Shown here: positions 35,062 through 45,567 of the stretch, piece by piece
Position numbering within the stretch: the stretch's first letter is position 1
Layout: every line of letters starts with the position of its first letter
Virus record (IMG/VR): IMGVR_UViG_3300017613_002557
Coordinates: 1-64,000 of that record
From: a virus
Reading direction: 5' to 3' (one strand)
Length of the DNA: 64,000 bases
Made by a program: the position numbers and the translations under genes
Notes under the pieces: model-generated
What the model was told of the DNA's origin: nothing
Database searches by the model: none
What the model saw: only the letters and a program-made list of their open reading frames with translations

Positions 35062-36825
35062 TTATGGTCCACCACCAAAACAATCATCAGTGCCATCAAC
35101 GGTGCTGTCAACACCAGCGCCGTCACACAAACATAGGTGATCGTCTGTGTCATTATAAAAAATCGTACCCTCTGTCAATGTGCCACACGGATCTGCTGTA
35201 TATTTAGACAATTCTACGACAAAAATATCCAGCGTGGCAGTTCCGTCACTTTCTGTAATCGACACCTCATCATCATCAAAGACAATCGCAACTGTGTTTG
35301 ATGATGTTGTTGTGCCATTGGACACCGAGAGATCCCAGACGGGCGTCGTTTCAAACAGGATCTCAACGACAAGATCGGCTGATGCAGTCGGGGCGGACTC
35401 AACCTCCATCTGCAGAACACTGGGCTCAAGCACAATCGTATCAACAAGATCCGTGCTCGTGTCCGTCTGGTTTGTCCCACTGTTCGCCGTAATTGTGGGT
35501 TTTGTTCCGCCAGCCGCGTATAAGCTTGTTCCGTCACGTAAAAGATCAACCACGAGATTTGATCCGCCCGTTCCGGTATCCTCCAGGACGGCAGATACGT
35601 TGACAATGTTTCCAGGAATATACGTTTTACGAGGCAGGTCGAGCGTTCCGGTCGTTACGCTTCCGGAAACCTTCCAGACTGCTTTTGAATACGTGCGCTG
35701 CTCCTCATGTTCGACTAATAAGGTGACACTTAAGTCCTCAGCACCCGTAGGGACAGACTCAATTTCCATCGACACAAGATTTGTTGACGAAATTGCGGTG
35801 GTGTCAAAATCAGACGTGCTGTCGCTTTGTCTGGATCCTGAATTTGCAGTGATCGAAAGCTTTGTCCCACCAGCACCTACAAAACTCGTGCCGCTTTCAT
35901 TATTGATGTCAACCACAAGATTCGATCCGCCCGTTCCGGTATCCTCCAGGACGGCAGTTGCATATTGAATGGTAGAGGTAAGTCCTGGAAAACGAAATAA
36001 GTCAAGAACCGTTCCGGTTGTCAAGTTCCCGGATACCGTCCATGTGTAGGCTGTCAACGCTTGAGTTTGATAAACCCTGATCAATGCCTCAACAACAAGA
36101 TTTTCTGAGCCTGTCGGATAGGTTTCTATCTCAGCCGTTAGCAAGTCACTCGCTGTGATTAACGGATCATCAAACGACAGTACAAGTGATGATTCTGTTG
36201 AACTGCCAGCACTCACAGACGGTTTCGTCGCCGTTCCGATCATGCTGGATCCGTCATTAAGAATGTCAATGACCAGATCATTCCCGGAATCGCCGGTATC
36301 ATCAAGATACGCACTGAGCGCAACAAGCTGAGACTTAACGCCAGGAAATCGAGGTAAGTCAAATTCTCCGGTCGCCGCCAGCGGCCCTGAAATAGTCCAG
36401 GTATAGTACACATACACTCCGGATGATCCAATTCCGCTTGACTCACCCCCGGATGACCCGGACGCCCCCCCAATATTCAGCCATGTTTCTCCGGCATTTT
36501 TGTACTGAACCACGCCTGAATAGTTCCTAAACTGGATATTTCTTGCTGGATTTGAATACTCGACTGTAAGCGTTTCCTCAAGCGTGTCTACGGACACTTC
36601 CGCTGTGCCACCGGCTACATCAAAGTTCTGTGTATCAAATTCCCTGATGATGTTTCCAGATGTATCGGCTAAAACAGAACGACGCGCCGTTACATCACCT
36701 TCAATATCTATAATAACGGGTGCAGTCCGGATGTCTTCTATTTGCCGCGAAAGGTAGACATGATCAGCAGCTATACCGACAATCAGGGCGATGCCTATAA
36801 CAATCGTAATGATCGCACGTTTCAT
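35062..36825 (-). CDS. signal/TM-anchored virion-like protein with three ~125-aa repeats
   Basis: MKRAIITIVIGIALIVGIAA; repeats begin YTWTISG, YTWTVSG, AVWKVSG and share L-[DE]-DTG..G..LV.D. Confidence 0.7.
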   Translation of the reverse strand: MKRAIITIVIGIALIVGIAADHVYLSRQIEDIRTAPVIIDIEGDVTARRSVLADTSGNIIREFDTQNFDVAGGTAEVSVDTLEETLTVEYSNPARNIQFRNYSGVVQYKNAGETWLNIGGASGSSGGESSGIGSSGVYVYYTWTISGPLAATGEFDLPRFPGVKSQLVALSAYLDDTGDSGNDLVIDILNDGSSMIGTATKPSVSAGSSTESSLVLSFDDPLITASDLLTAEIETYPTGSENLVVEALIRVYQTQALTAYTWTVSGNLTTGTVLDLFRFPGLTSTIQYATAVLEDTGTGGSNLVVDINNESGTSFVGAGGTKLSITANSGSRQSDSTSDFDTTAISSTNLVSMEIESVPTGAEDLSVTLLVEHEEQRTYSKAVWKVSGSVTTGTLDLPRKTYIPGNIVNVSAVLEDTGTGGSNLVVDLLRDGTSLYAAGGTKPTITANSGTNQTDTSTDLVDTIVLEPSVLQMEVESAPTASADLVVEILFETTPVWDLSVSNGTTTSSNTVAIVFDDDEVSITESDGTATLDIFVVELSKYTADPCGTLTEGTIFYNDTDDHLCLCDGAGVDSTVDGTDDCFGGGP

Positions 36826-36827
36826 TG

Positions 36828-37250
36828 TTATCCCTCACTTGCAGCGACAACTTCAGCTTTGAATTCATTAAACGTCCTGTCTGCTCTATACGTCGGATTC
36901 GCTTTGATGATTTCAGCCGCTATCGGTAATAAATCGGCTGCTTCCATGTCAGCATACATGGCTCGCTGTGCCGCTGTCATTGGAATATCGTTCATCAGGT
37001 ATTGGTAAAGCGTGGTTCTCCATGTTGATTGCGGAATAGTTGGCGTCTCAAGAACAAGACTGAGTCCTTTGGCTTCGAGTGCAAGTGCGACACGTTTAAC
37101 AAGACGCGAGTATACTGGCTTATATCCATACATTATGAACACAATGAGGATATTTCCCCACTGCTCGATCAGCTTTGCAAAATTGTCCATTAAGTTAGCT
37201 TTTGTGACGACAATCGGTGTCGAAATTATTGGCTTTGTAAAAAGTCCCAT
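36828..37250 (-). CDS. hypothetical protein
   Basis: GAGGA RBS. Confidence 0.65.
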   Translation of the reverse strand: MGLFTKPIISTPIVVTKANLMDNFAKLIEQWGNILIVFIMYGYKPVYSRLVKRVALALEAKGLSLVLETPTIPQSTWRTTLYQYLMNDIPMTAAQRAMYADMEAADLLPIAAEIIKANPTYRADRTFNEFKAEVVAASEG

Positions 37251-37264
37251 GTTGTTTTCCTCTC

Positions 37265-37759
37265 TTATCTTAAAACGTACTCAAATTCATCAATCTGACC
37301 GGCAGTCGCGCCAGCAGTTCCAGCCTGTACGTATAAAGCGATTGCCGGAGTAGATCCGTCAAGATCAACCTCAAGAATATAGGTGTCGTCCGCATCAACA
37401 TCAAGTTCAAAATAGGACTCGGCTGTCGCATCGAGTGTCGAAAGACGAAGCCTAATCTTATTCGGATCAAAATACCCCTCAAGCCCACCAACCTCACTTA
37501 ATGCCGATACACGGATCCTGACATTTTCAGCGTCGTTAATATCAACCACAATCCAACCCTTAAACGACATCCTATCAATCGTGAGGATGTCTGACCCTAA
37601 TTGTACCCAGGATGCTGTAATATCCTGGGCCGCAGCGATCAACGGGACCGGGCTGGCTGATAATAGAAAGGCTTCATTTAGCTGGTTTGTCTCAAGACCT
37701 GTATCTTCTGCCGAGAGTGATGAACTCCCAGTACTTCGTCTTGGTGTTACATTTATCAT
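37265..37759 (-). CDS. putative virion protein (beta-sandwich-like)
   Basis: Acidic, beta-rich; ATGA coupling. Confidence 0.55.
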   Translation of the reverse strand: MINVTPRRSTGSSSLSAEDTGLETNQLNEAFLLSASPVPLIAAAQDITASWVQLGSDILTIDRMSFKGWIVVDINDAENVRIRVSALSEVGGLEGYFDPNKIRLRLSTLDATAESYFELDVDADDTYILEVDLDGSTPAIALYVQAGTAGATAGQIDEFEYVLR

Positions 37760-38178
37760 GGCGTTACCTCGTCGATTTTAATTCCGATCACACCACTGTT
37801 TGTGGCGTCCGTCGCGGTAATTTTTAAAGCAATGCGCAATCCGGCAACATCCTCACAGATTGTTATGTTGTGGTATGGCGCTGTAATAGACTGTAGTTCA
37901 TCATCATCATCCAGCGCATCATCACCAAAAATCAGATCGCTTCCGGTAATCCAATCACCATAGTCAGTAAGTGCGCTGTCAGGAAGAATTGTTACCAATG
38001 CGTCTAGCGTACATCCAGCTACTAGAAACGGTTCAACAACAAGCGCGCCGGTCACATCTGGCAGCACAACATAGTGTGCCTCAACCGCAATATCTTCAAA
38101 TGACAACAAATAGACCCTACGGAATCCAATTTGCAGGTCGTTAAGTTCTGAGATTTTTACAAGATCATCCGCATCCAT
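37756..38178 (-). CDS. putative virion protein
   Basis: GAGGTG RBS; acidic, beta-rich. Confidence 0.55.
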   Translation of the reverse strand: MDADDLVKISELNDLQIGFRRVYLLSFEDIAVEAHYVVLPDVTGALVVEPFLVAGCTLDALVTILPDSALTDYGDWITGSDLIFGDDALDDDDELQSITAPYHNITICEDVAGLRIALKITATDATNSGVIGIKIDEVTP

Positions 38179-38219
38179 AGCTTCACCTCTATCTTTTGTA
38201 CCAAGTTTGTATTAAAAAA

Positions 38220-39986
38220 TCAAGTCTGTGCCAATGACACATCAGTGATAATATCCCCATCAACATGTTCATGTGACGGAGGCAACATACCGTGTATCTC
38301 AATCAATAAATCACGAGCACGCAGCAGATAGCCAAGCGCGTGAAGATAATCGTCATTTCTGCCGGATCGTTTCTTCCATGTATATGAGGTTGTTTCCACA
38401 CTTCCATCAATGGTCTGTACAACCGGGATCTTAACGTTGGATGTCATGTGAGCAATAAATTCTTTGTTGTGTCGCGCCGATTCCGGAAACCGGACGTCTC
38501 CGTTACGCAGCGCATTAAAAATATCATCCAACAACAAATCTCGCGTGCAGTGAAGAACTCTTTTTGAACGAAACACGCGCTCTGCTCTTTTATAAAACGC
38601 AGACCACAACAAAGGATATAGCCGCTCATCATTGGAAAGCTGTTCTCTAATAATGCGGCCACCCATGCCTTGAGCATCAAGTAGAGCAAGCCTGACTGCG
38701 AACGCCCCAAATGCAGTTTTTTTAAACTTCACCGTATCAACTTCTTTGCCAAGATACAGCACAGTAATGGAATAATCATTTTCAAGGCGTCCAACCATAA
38801 AATGCCACCACTGTGTTTTAATATCGCCACCAACCAGACACACGGCTCGTGACGATGTTGTGGCAGCATAAGAATCAATGCATGAGTACACAAGATCCGT
38901 CGTAATGGAATCTGTGTCGCCTGCTTCGTATCCAATTCCAAGATTCGACCGATAAAACGCCTGCATTTTCTTTGGATTCTTTACAGCCTGTCCAAAAAAC
39001 TCACGCTCCATTTCACGTATGATGGTACGGCCAGGAAGACTTACCATCATACGTGAGATTTGGTAACTTTCTACGTCACGTCCCGGCTCCTTAGCAACCC
39101 ACTCAGCCATAGGAGTCAAACGATCCATTGTGCCTGAGCACTGCTCACATACATAGGGGATGTCCTCATGTTCCGGAATGGTTGCATGATCAACAACGCT
39201 TTCGTATGTTATCCGATCAACCTTTCTCACAAATCCCGTAAACCAATTAAGTTGTTGCCAGTGATTGCAGCGATGACACTTCACCATCCATACCCGCTGA
39301 TCTCCAAGATGATACTCCCCATCGATCATCACATCAGCCGCATAGGGGTTCCCAAGTTTCGTGACATCGGGAGCATCAGCCCCCTTTTCACGGTCCTCAG
39401 CCTGGGCGACAATGTCTTCACCATTTTGCCGAATTAACGTGTCATACTCATCATAGATTAGCACGTCCATAGGAAACCCTTCGACGTATGTTTCTTGACT
39501 GGCACCAACAAACATAGCAGTTCCGCTACCAAACGTTTTCATGATGGTGTTCGAGATTTGTGTCTCTGAGCTTGTCACAAGATGCCGGTAAAAAGGAGTG
39601 CGACCAAGCAGCTTATCAACACGTTCTCGAACAAAAAGACGTGCGATGCTCAACGATGGTAGCATATATAGCACATTTCGACCCTCAGAGCACGGCACAA
39701 GCACTTTCTTGATCAAGAATGTCTCTGTTTGAAGCACTTGAACGGCCTTCATAATTACGACACGTGGTGCGGTCGTATCGTAAATAGCATACAAAAAAGG
39801 ATTGTTTGATAACGACAGGCGGCGATAGTTGCCGGTACGTTTATTTTTGCGGTGGGTAGAATGATGCCCAATTGCAAGACGACTGTGCGGCGAAAACCGA
39901 TCAATCGCATCCAGACCGTATTGTGTTGCTAAGATGAGATTATTGCGACTTGACAAATTTTTACTCTTTATGGATTCTTGAACCAT
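38220..39986 (-). CDS. terL: terminase large subunit, lambda gpA-type
   Basis: RVVIMKAVQV.QTE, LYMLPS, IYDEYD, GDQRVWMVKCHRCNHWQ and CEQC zinc sites, YQISRM, FY...LG..Y, NDDYLHA; ATG 39986 preferred to avoid the long overlap. Confidence 0.88.
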   Translation of the reverse strand: MVQESIKSKNLSSRNNLILATQYGLDAIDRFSPHSRLAIGHHSTHRKNKRTGNYRRLSLSNNPFLYAIYDTTAPRVVIMKAVQVLQTETFLIKKVLVPCSEGRNVLYMLPSLSIARLFVRERVDKLLGRTPFYRHLVTSSETQISNTIMKTFGSGTAMFVGASQETYVEGFPMDVLIYDEYDTLIRQNGEDIVAQAEDREKGADAPDVTKLGNPYAADVMIDGEYHLGDQRVWMVKCHRCNHWQQLNWFTGFVRKVDRITYESVVDHATIPEHEDIPYVCEQCSGTMDRLTPMAEWVAKEPGRDVESYQISRMMVSLPGRTIIREMEREFFGQAVKNPKKMQAFYRSNLGIGYEAGDTDSITTDLVYSCIDSYAATTSSRAVCLVGGDIKTQWWHFMVGRLENDYSITVLYLGKEVDTVKFKKTAFGAFAVRLALLDAQGMGGRIIREQLSNDERLYPLLWSAFYKRAERVFRSKRVLHCTRDLLLDDIFNALRNGDVRFPESARHNKEFIAHMTSNVKIPVVQTIDGSVETTSYTWKKRSGRNDDYLHALGYLLRARDLLIEIHGMLPPSHEHVDGDIITDVSLAQT

Positions 39987-40034
39987 ACGTGTAGTTATAC
40001 CGATATTGGAAGAAAAGTCAAGAAGAGGAGTGCC

Positions 40035-40823
40035 ATGGCGCAATTTGTTAGAATACCAAAAGACGAGGATCTTAACACCCAGGAAGTCCTGTGGAGAGAT
40101 GAACACGATCCGGAACATAAGCTGAATCTGAATCAAGTCCAGTTCAGAACGAAACAACACGCCAAGTTTATGTTACAAGCCGAGGAACGCAAAGAACGCG
40201 AGTTGGCACTTAAAGAAAAAGCGCATGATCTTGTCATGAAAAAACAGGAAGCTAAGGAAGATGCAGTTTTGAGAAGAGATGAGTTCAAACAAAACGAACT
40301 GTTACGAGATCGCATTGAGCGCATTCAGCATGAATTACACGAAGAACGTACAAAAAATTCGCAAAAACCAACAAGCGTGTCGGTTGAGGAATTTATGGCG
40401 TCTGCCAGGGATCTCTCAGAAAAAGCTACCGTAGATGATCTTATGCAAGTGCTCCAGGCCCGAATGATTATGGCCTCACAGCACATGGAATTACGACCGC
40501 AAGATTATATCGCCTCGGTAAAAATGCTCCGCGAACTCACACGAGAAGAAAACCCGGTAGAAGTACAAGACCCATACGAGCTGACAATACTCGATGATGA
40601 AGAACTCTGCGAAGTTTTTATTGAGACTCTTTTGGTCCACTTTAGGCATTGGGAATCACAGCAGCAGCCTGAAGTGCGCCTCCATTGGATCCCAACGTTC
40701 ATACGTGAACTTATTTTGACGATTGTGTTGAATCGCGAGTGCCCGGAATTGTTAAAAGATGTCTCTATGTGTGTCAACGTATCTGTAGCCGCAAGAAGTG
40801 GAAAGCAAGACACAGAAATTTGA
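40035..40823 (+). CDS. coiled-coil protein divergent from terL; candidate terminase small subunit
   Basis: GAGGAG RBS; long helical region, DYIASVKMLRELT; call based mostly on position. Confidence 0.45.
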   Translation: MAQFVRIPKDEDLNTQEVLWRDEHDPEHKLNLNQVQFRTKQHAKFMLQAEERKERELALKEKAHDLVMKKQEAKEDAVLRRDEFKQNELLRDRIERIQHELHEERTKNSQKPTSVSVEEFMASARDLSEKATVDDLMQVLQARMIMASQHMELRPQDYIASVKMLRELTREENPVEVQDPYELTILDDEELCEVFIETLLVHFRHWESQQQPEVRLHWIPTFIRELILTIVLNRECPELLKDVSMCVNVSVAARSGKQDTEI

Positions 40824-40898
40824 CTTTTTTTCCATGTCTGCCTATACTTTTGTCAGAATAGCACAATATACACATATTTCTATACAGGGGGATACACC

Positions 40899-42356
40899 AT
40901 GAAAGAAAATATCCATCGATTGATTTTTCAATCATTAGGTCAAAAGAAACGCCATGAGCCACAAATTGTGACTGCCTTTCTTGCTGACTTATCATCTCGT
41001 GGAATCACAGAGAACCTTGAGGAGATTAAATGCGCTTTTGTTGAAGCATTGGCATCTTTCGATGCTCTCGGTTTCGAGGCATCTGTTGAAGAGACAGATA
41101 ATGACAAAATGGATCCGGTTTCAAAGATCAAGGCGGCGGTCGTGGCATACCTCGCTGCAAAAAAAACACCGGCAGCATCCATCTTACCGCCAATTGAGTT
41201 CCCTGCTTTGATGGACACAGAGGCGTTAAATGCGGTAGTTGATACGCTGAAAGAAAAAATACATGCATCAGACGAGTATGTCACAGCATTAAAAACCGCT
41301 ATTGAGAATCTTGACACGTTTACGGTCAAAGAACTCGATGCGATCTGTTTTACCCCGAAGGCACTTTTGACGCACATCTCAACAAGTGAGATTATCAATC
41401 TGTCGGAAAACCATGAGGGGATTGCTGAAGACGTACTTCTGCACGCATTAGAACCGCTGTTTGAAAAAACAATCGCAGCGTATGTAAGTGCTGGATTTGA
41501 AGTACAGGACGGAAAAATCAGGAAAACAGGCGGTGACGTGGATGAATGGATCGTTCCAACTGTTCTCACCGACACACAGGAGAAGAATACCGATACCGAA
41601 GAAGTCACGTTGTCACATGACGCTTGGATCTTTTTTGATAAAACGTTTCTCTCAGAGGCCATGCGTGTTGAGGTGATCGAAGGGCTTGCGGCATACAATA
41701 CGATACATCCGGACGCCAGAATCTCAGAGGGCACTGTCGTTCAGACGATCAAAGCAGTCCTGTCAAAAGTGCCGATCATGAAAGTCAAACAGTTGGACAG
41801 CGCGGTCTGCACAAAAGTGTCGTCATTCAACGCGATTGATGCCGATCTGTTCGCAGGATCTCTGTCAGCACTTGCCGAATACACACAGAAACAGGTGGCC
41901 CTGTTGTTAGAGCAGTGCGTTCAGGATGCGGTCAACCTCAGTGTGCTGATTGCACAACAAGCAGGCTTAACTTACGACACAACAACCGGCACGTTTTTGA
42001 AGGATGATGAGGTACAAGAGCCACAAACCTCAATGTCACTGACATTTCTGAGCCGACCACAGAAATACATCAGTGAAATGCACCTGATGTATCTCAAGGA
42101 CGTTGCCCTGGAAATGGTGTGGAACGCACTTGGAGAGCAATGGAAAGAACATCTCCAGCAAGGTGAAGCCGAAGAGATGATGTTTTCGCTCGATCAAATG
42201 CTGCTCGATGCATACGCCACCTTACTTGAGACAACAGGGATCGTTTCAAGAAAGGATCTTCATAAAAGCATCGACGTACATTTAGACGCACTGAGCAAGA
42301 AACTGCCAGAAGGATCCCATAAAAAGATGTTCGCACTCATTACATCGGTGCTGTAG
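40899..42356 (+). CDS. acidic helical hypothetical protein
   Basis: 485 aa, AGGGGG RBS, followed by a hairpin. Confidence 0.75.
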   Translation: MKENIHRLIFQSLGQKKRHEPQIVTAFLADLSSRGITENLEEIKCAFVEALASFDALGFEASVEETDNDKMDPVSKIKAAVVAYLAAKKTPAASILPPIEFPALMDTEALNAVVDTLKEKIHASDEYVTALKTAIENLDTFTVKELDAICFTPKALLTHISTSEIINLSENHEGIAEDVLLHALEPLFEKTIAAYVSAGFEVQDGKIRKTGGDVDEWIVPTVLTDTQEKNTDTEEVTLSHDAWIFFDKTFLSEAMRVEVIEGLAAYNTIHPDARISEGTVVQTIKAVLSKVPIMKVKQLDSAVCTKVSSFNAIDADLFAGSLSALAEYTQKQVALLLEQCVQDAVNLSVLIAQQAGLTYDTTTGTFLKDDEVQEPQTSMSLTFLSRPQKYISEMHLMYLKDVALEMVWNALGEQWKEHLQQGEAEEMMFSLDQMLLDAYATLLETTGIVSRKDLHKSIDVHLDALSKKLPEGSHKKMFALITSVL

Positions 42357-42369
42357 TCTTTTCTGTCTG

Positions 42370-42394
42370 TGGCGCACGACAGTGTCGTGCGCCA
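42370..42394 (+). terminator. Hairpin, probable intrinsic terminator
   Basis: TGGCGCACGACA-G-TGTCGTGCGCCA followed by pyrimidine-rich sequence. Confidence 0.6.
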
Positions 42395-42478
42395 TCCTCG
42401 TCCATTTTCGTCTTTTATTCTCCCTATCTACCGCTATATCTATATTTTTATCTTTTTAAGAAAAAATGTACTTTTTTC

Positions 42479-42507
42479 TTGACAAAGCCTTTTTTCTTTG
42501 CTAGACT
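42479..42507 (+). promoter_or_regulatory. Sigma70-type promoter with extended -10
   Basis: TTGACA-N14-TGC-TAGACT. Confidence 0.75.
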
Positions 42508-42576
42508 CTCCTTGTTAGCAAAGAATAATAAGGGTAAATTTGTTTTCTAGCAAACCCAAAAAAGGAGGATGCAAAT

Positions 42577-43137
42577 ATGATCGAGCTTATGAGAACTCCG
42601 CAACCATTACAGCAAATTCGAGAAAAAAAGCAGCGTAGACTCTCCGAGGATGCAAAGACGGTTTCTCTCTGTAGACCGCTTGTAAATACTTCTGTTGGAG
42701 GAAGAACAATCAGCGCAAACGATGTTGTGGCAGTAGAACGTGACGGAACCGGGGACCAGACGTTTTTTCTGCTGGAATCCTCTGAGCTTCGGCTACAAAA
42801 CGATGGGCTACTTTATTATATCACTTCAAACTGGTCATACAGAGAGGCTGAGCCTTGCCTTGAACGCTGCTATTGGGAACTGTCTACAATTGACGACTTT
42901 GCGGTGGATCAGGACGAAATGGATGATCAATGTGTCGTTGTGATTCAACACACGCTTGAAGATCCACTGAAAGAAGAGGCCCCATATTTGAAACTTGAAT
43001 ACGCACAAAGAGATATTGAACCAATCGTCTTTTCATGTGCCCATGATGCCGAAGAGTGGATCCAAGAATACTTACATGACTACGGACGCATTCGTGGAGA
43101 ACACAGCGATCCAAGATGCGCGGTGTGGCCAGTGTAA
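42577..43137 (+). CDS. hypothetical protein
   Basis: AAGGAGG RBS. Confidence 0.7.
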   Translation: MIELMRTPQPLQQIREKKQRRLSEDAKTVSLCRPLVNTSVGGRTISANDVVAVERDGTGDQTFFLLESSELRLQNDGLLYYITSNWSYREAEPCLERCYWELSTIDDFAVDQDEMDDQCVVVIQHTLEDPLKEEAPYLKLEYAQRDIEPIVFSCAHDAEEWIQEYLHDYGRIRGEHSDPRCAVWPV

Positions 43138-43519
43138 CTCTCAGGAAAGAGAAAAACAACAATGTCAAAAGGAATAAGGAACGATGAAGAACGCAGGATG
43201 TGAGTACTAAACGATGAGTACCTGTACAACATGTTCTGTGCATCGAAACATACAAGTGAAATGGCGTTTGTGCGAAACAACAGAAAGCTCATCGACAATT
43301 ATATTGATGGCGTGCTTACTCGATAGGTTGCGCCGGAACACACCCAAAAGGAAACATTATGAAAAAACAATTCAGTAGAAGAAAGACGACACGCAAACAA
43401 AAAACCATCCTCAATGAATTCGGCGCCGATAAGAAGAAAAAGGGACGTCGCAAGGGGGCATCACAGACGACAGAGAAATTGCTCAAAACTGTCGAACAAC
43501 AGACGACGTAAAGGAGTTT

Positions 43520-44128
43520 ATGGATACCTATTTACTTGAGCTGTTTTGCGCCAATACGAGAGTCCAGCATACGACAACAGCACTTGAAGGCGTATATGCC
43601 GTAGGAGACAGCAAGTTTTTTCGGGAGTTTAGCGGGAAAACACGCGGGGCCTGTTACGATCTGGCTGAGGCGAACAAGTGGAAGATCAGCCGACTGTTCA
43701 AAATCGGGGTGTGCCCCGTGTGCAGATCACATGGAATATATCCCTATACCATCGTCATACAGCGCATCCTCGGAATCGTTGATGTTATGACGAGCATCGT
43801 CTTTACATCGCCAACCACACAGACGTCCAGAAAACCACATCTTATAACGGATGAACAGGAGATTATGCGGTATCTGCTTTCTCAGGATGAACTGACAATT
43901 CCTGTGGTCCTTTGCCTGCCAGATCACACTTCGGCCCAGTCTATAACAGCTATCCTGCTGATGGCCGATTCTGACACGGCGGTCAAAAGCGATAGAATGA
44001 TCGGCACGACAGGGCTGTGCTTCCAGTGCGAAGTCGAACGATCACAAGTTGCACAGTTCGCACATGTTCTGTGCAAAATGAACGGTGGGATCTATGTGGA
44101 CAACCTGCACCACGTGAACTATTTTTAA
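43520..44128 (+). CDS. hypothetical protein
   Basis: AAGGAG RBS; CPVC. Confidence 0.7.
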   Translation: MDTYLLELFCANTRVQHTTTALEGVYAVGDSKFFREFSGKTRGACYDLAEANKWKISRLFKIGVCPVCRSHGIYPYTIVIQRILGIVDVMTSIVFTSPTTQTSRKPHLITDEQEIMRYLLSQDELTIPVVLCLPDHTSAQSITAILLMADSDTAVKSDRMIGTTGLCFQCEVERSQVAQFAHVLCKMNGGIYVDNLHHVNYF

Positions 44129-44140
44129 GAGGAGAATACT

Positions 44141-44737
44141 ATGATAACACACGGATTTTTCATCTGCCGAAATGACGATCCAAGCGTCGTGATCGACGGA
44201 CCATATAAATTTGCCAGTGCAGCGGCAAATGTGATCGCCGCACAATATAGTGGTACAGTTTATGGAACTGCATCACGGTACGGACTCCGCGCACCATATC
44301 CGTTGACAGAAGTTGGCGATGACAAGCTTAAACAGGTACTCGCACAGAACTTAGGCGTAATTGTCACGGATAAATTCAATCATCCAAACTATTTTGGCGT
44401 GCCGAATATGGCAAGTCGATATAGCATGTTGGGACTCTATAACATCGGGCTGTATCTCGGTATAGAACAAGACCTTCTGAAAACTATCGTGGATCAGGAC
44501 GCAATTGATGAAATGAAACGTACCGCAAACCCTGTGACATTCGACATGTTTTTCGCCCTCTGCGTACCACCGGATGATGCACATGAAACACGGAATATCT
44601 ATGGTGCTGATAAAGAATGCACGTGTATCAGCACGTTACAGACACTTCACACAAACATTTTGTCAGTGGCCTATGCCAGTCTAAATGAACAGACACTCTT
44701 CTGGACACTGCACAGATCATGGGAGAATTTAGCATGA
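44141..44737 (+). CDS. hypothetical protein
   Basis: GAGGAG RBS. Confidence 0.7.
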   Translation: MITHGFFICRNDDPSVVIDGPYKFASAAANVIAAQYSGTVYGTASRYGLRAPYPLTEVGDDKLKQVLAQNLGVIVTDKFNHPNYFGVPNMASRYSMLGLYNIGLYLGIEQDLLKTIVDQDAIDEMKRTANPVTFDMFFALCVPPDDAHETRNIYGADKECTCISTLQTLHTNILSVAYASLNEQTLFWTLHRSWENLA

Positions 44738-45207
44738 AGGTACTCAGTGTTAATCAACCGTATGCCTGGCTGCTGTTTTACCCGCTAGATCGATGTAAAA
44801 CCGTCGAAAACCGGCCTTGGAACACGGACTATCGAGGCCCGCTGTTGATTCATGCCGGAAAGGTGCCGAATGTCGATTTTTCAACAGATCGATGTACAAT
44901 AGATCTTGCGCGGCTCGAACAATACCTGTCAACCAAACAGATCAGCGTGCAGGAGCTTGAACGATGGGTGGTCGCTCACGGACGCGCAAGCGTGCAGGAT
45001 ATTTTTCTGTACGGCGGCATCATCGGGATTGTGACATTGCGCGATGTCGGACACGATCCGAAAAACGTCTGGGCGCTCCCGAATCTCCTGCAATGGCAAC
45101 TTAGAAATCCGGTCCCGCTGCCATTCACACGATGCAGCGGACGATACGGACTCTTTGATGTCACGCTGCCACGGCGCGTGATGGATATTATCAACACATA
45201 TAGGTGA
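44734..45207 (+). CDS. ASCH-domain protein
   Basis: MKVLSVNQPYAWLL...KTVENRPWNTDYRGPLLIHAGK...GGIIG.V.L. Confidence 0.92.
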   Translation: MKVLSVNQPYAWLLFYPLDRCKTVENRPWNTDYRGPLLIHAGKVPNVDFSTDRCTIDLARLEQYLSTKQISVQELERWVVAHGRASVQDIFLYGGIIGIVTLRDVGHDPKNVWALPNLLQWQLRNPVPLPFTRCSGRYGLFDVTLPRRVMDIINTYR

Positions 45208-45567
45208 ATTTATGGAAACACGCCATTTTAACGTATATCTTGGGACATCTCATAAAGACGACATTACCAGCGCTATACACACAATTGCCGATCACTGGGC
45301 AATGCTCGGAATGAAAAAAATCAGACTCTTTCCATGCTGTCAGCGAATGCGGCTCTTTCTGGTAATTACTGCGAACGGATGGGGTCGCCTGGATATTCTG
45401 GATCTTGAGAATATCTTTACTACCGGGTGCATGCGGCAAAAAAGACAATATACGTATCCGAATCCGCAAAAACGCTATACCGGAGAGTGGTACACATACA
45501 CCACACCACAAACACTGCGACATACCACCTGCTTTGAGGATACACCACGACATAAAAGTAAAGCAAT

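Noticed and set aside
35552-35957. 46-bp near-identical pair as a DGR VR/TR or recombination site
   Set aside because: Explained by the internal protein domain repeat (VLEDTGTGGSNLVVD); differences are synonymous
35180-35968. Long antisense ORFs (also 40940-41734, 49118-49879, 23918-24445)
   Set aside because: Shadows of well-supported genes on the other strand; no motifs or RBS
39987-40160. N-terminal extension of terL
   Set aside because: Overlaps the RBS-supported divergent gene starting at 40035
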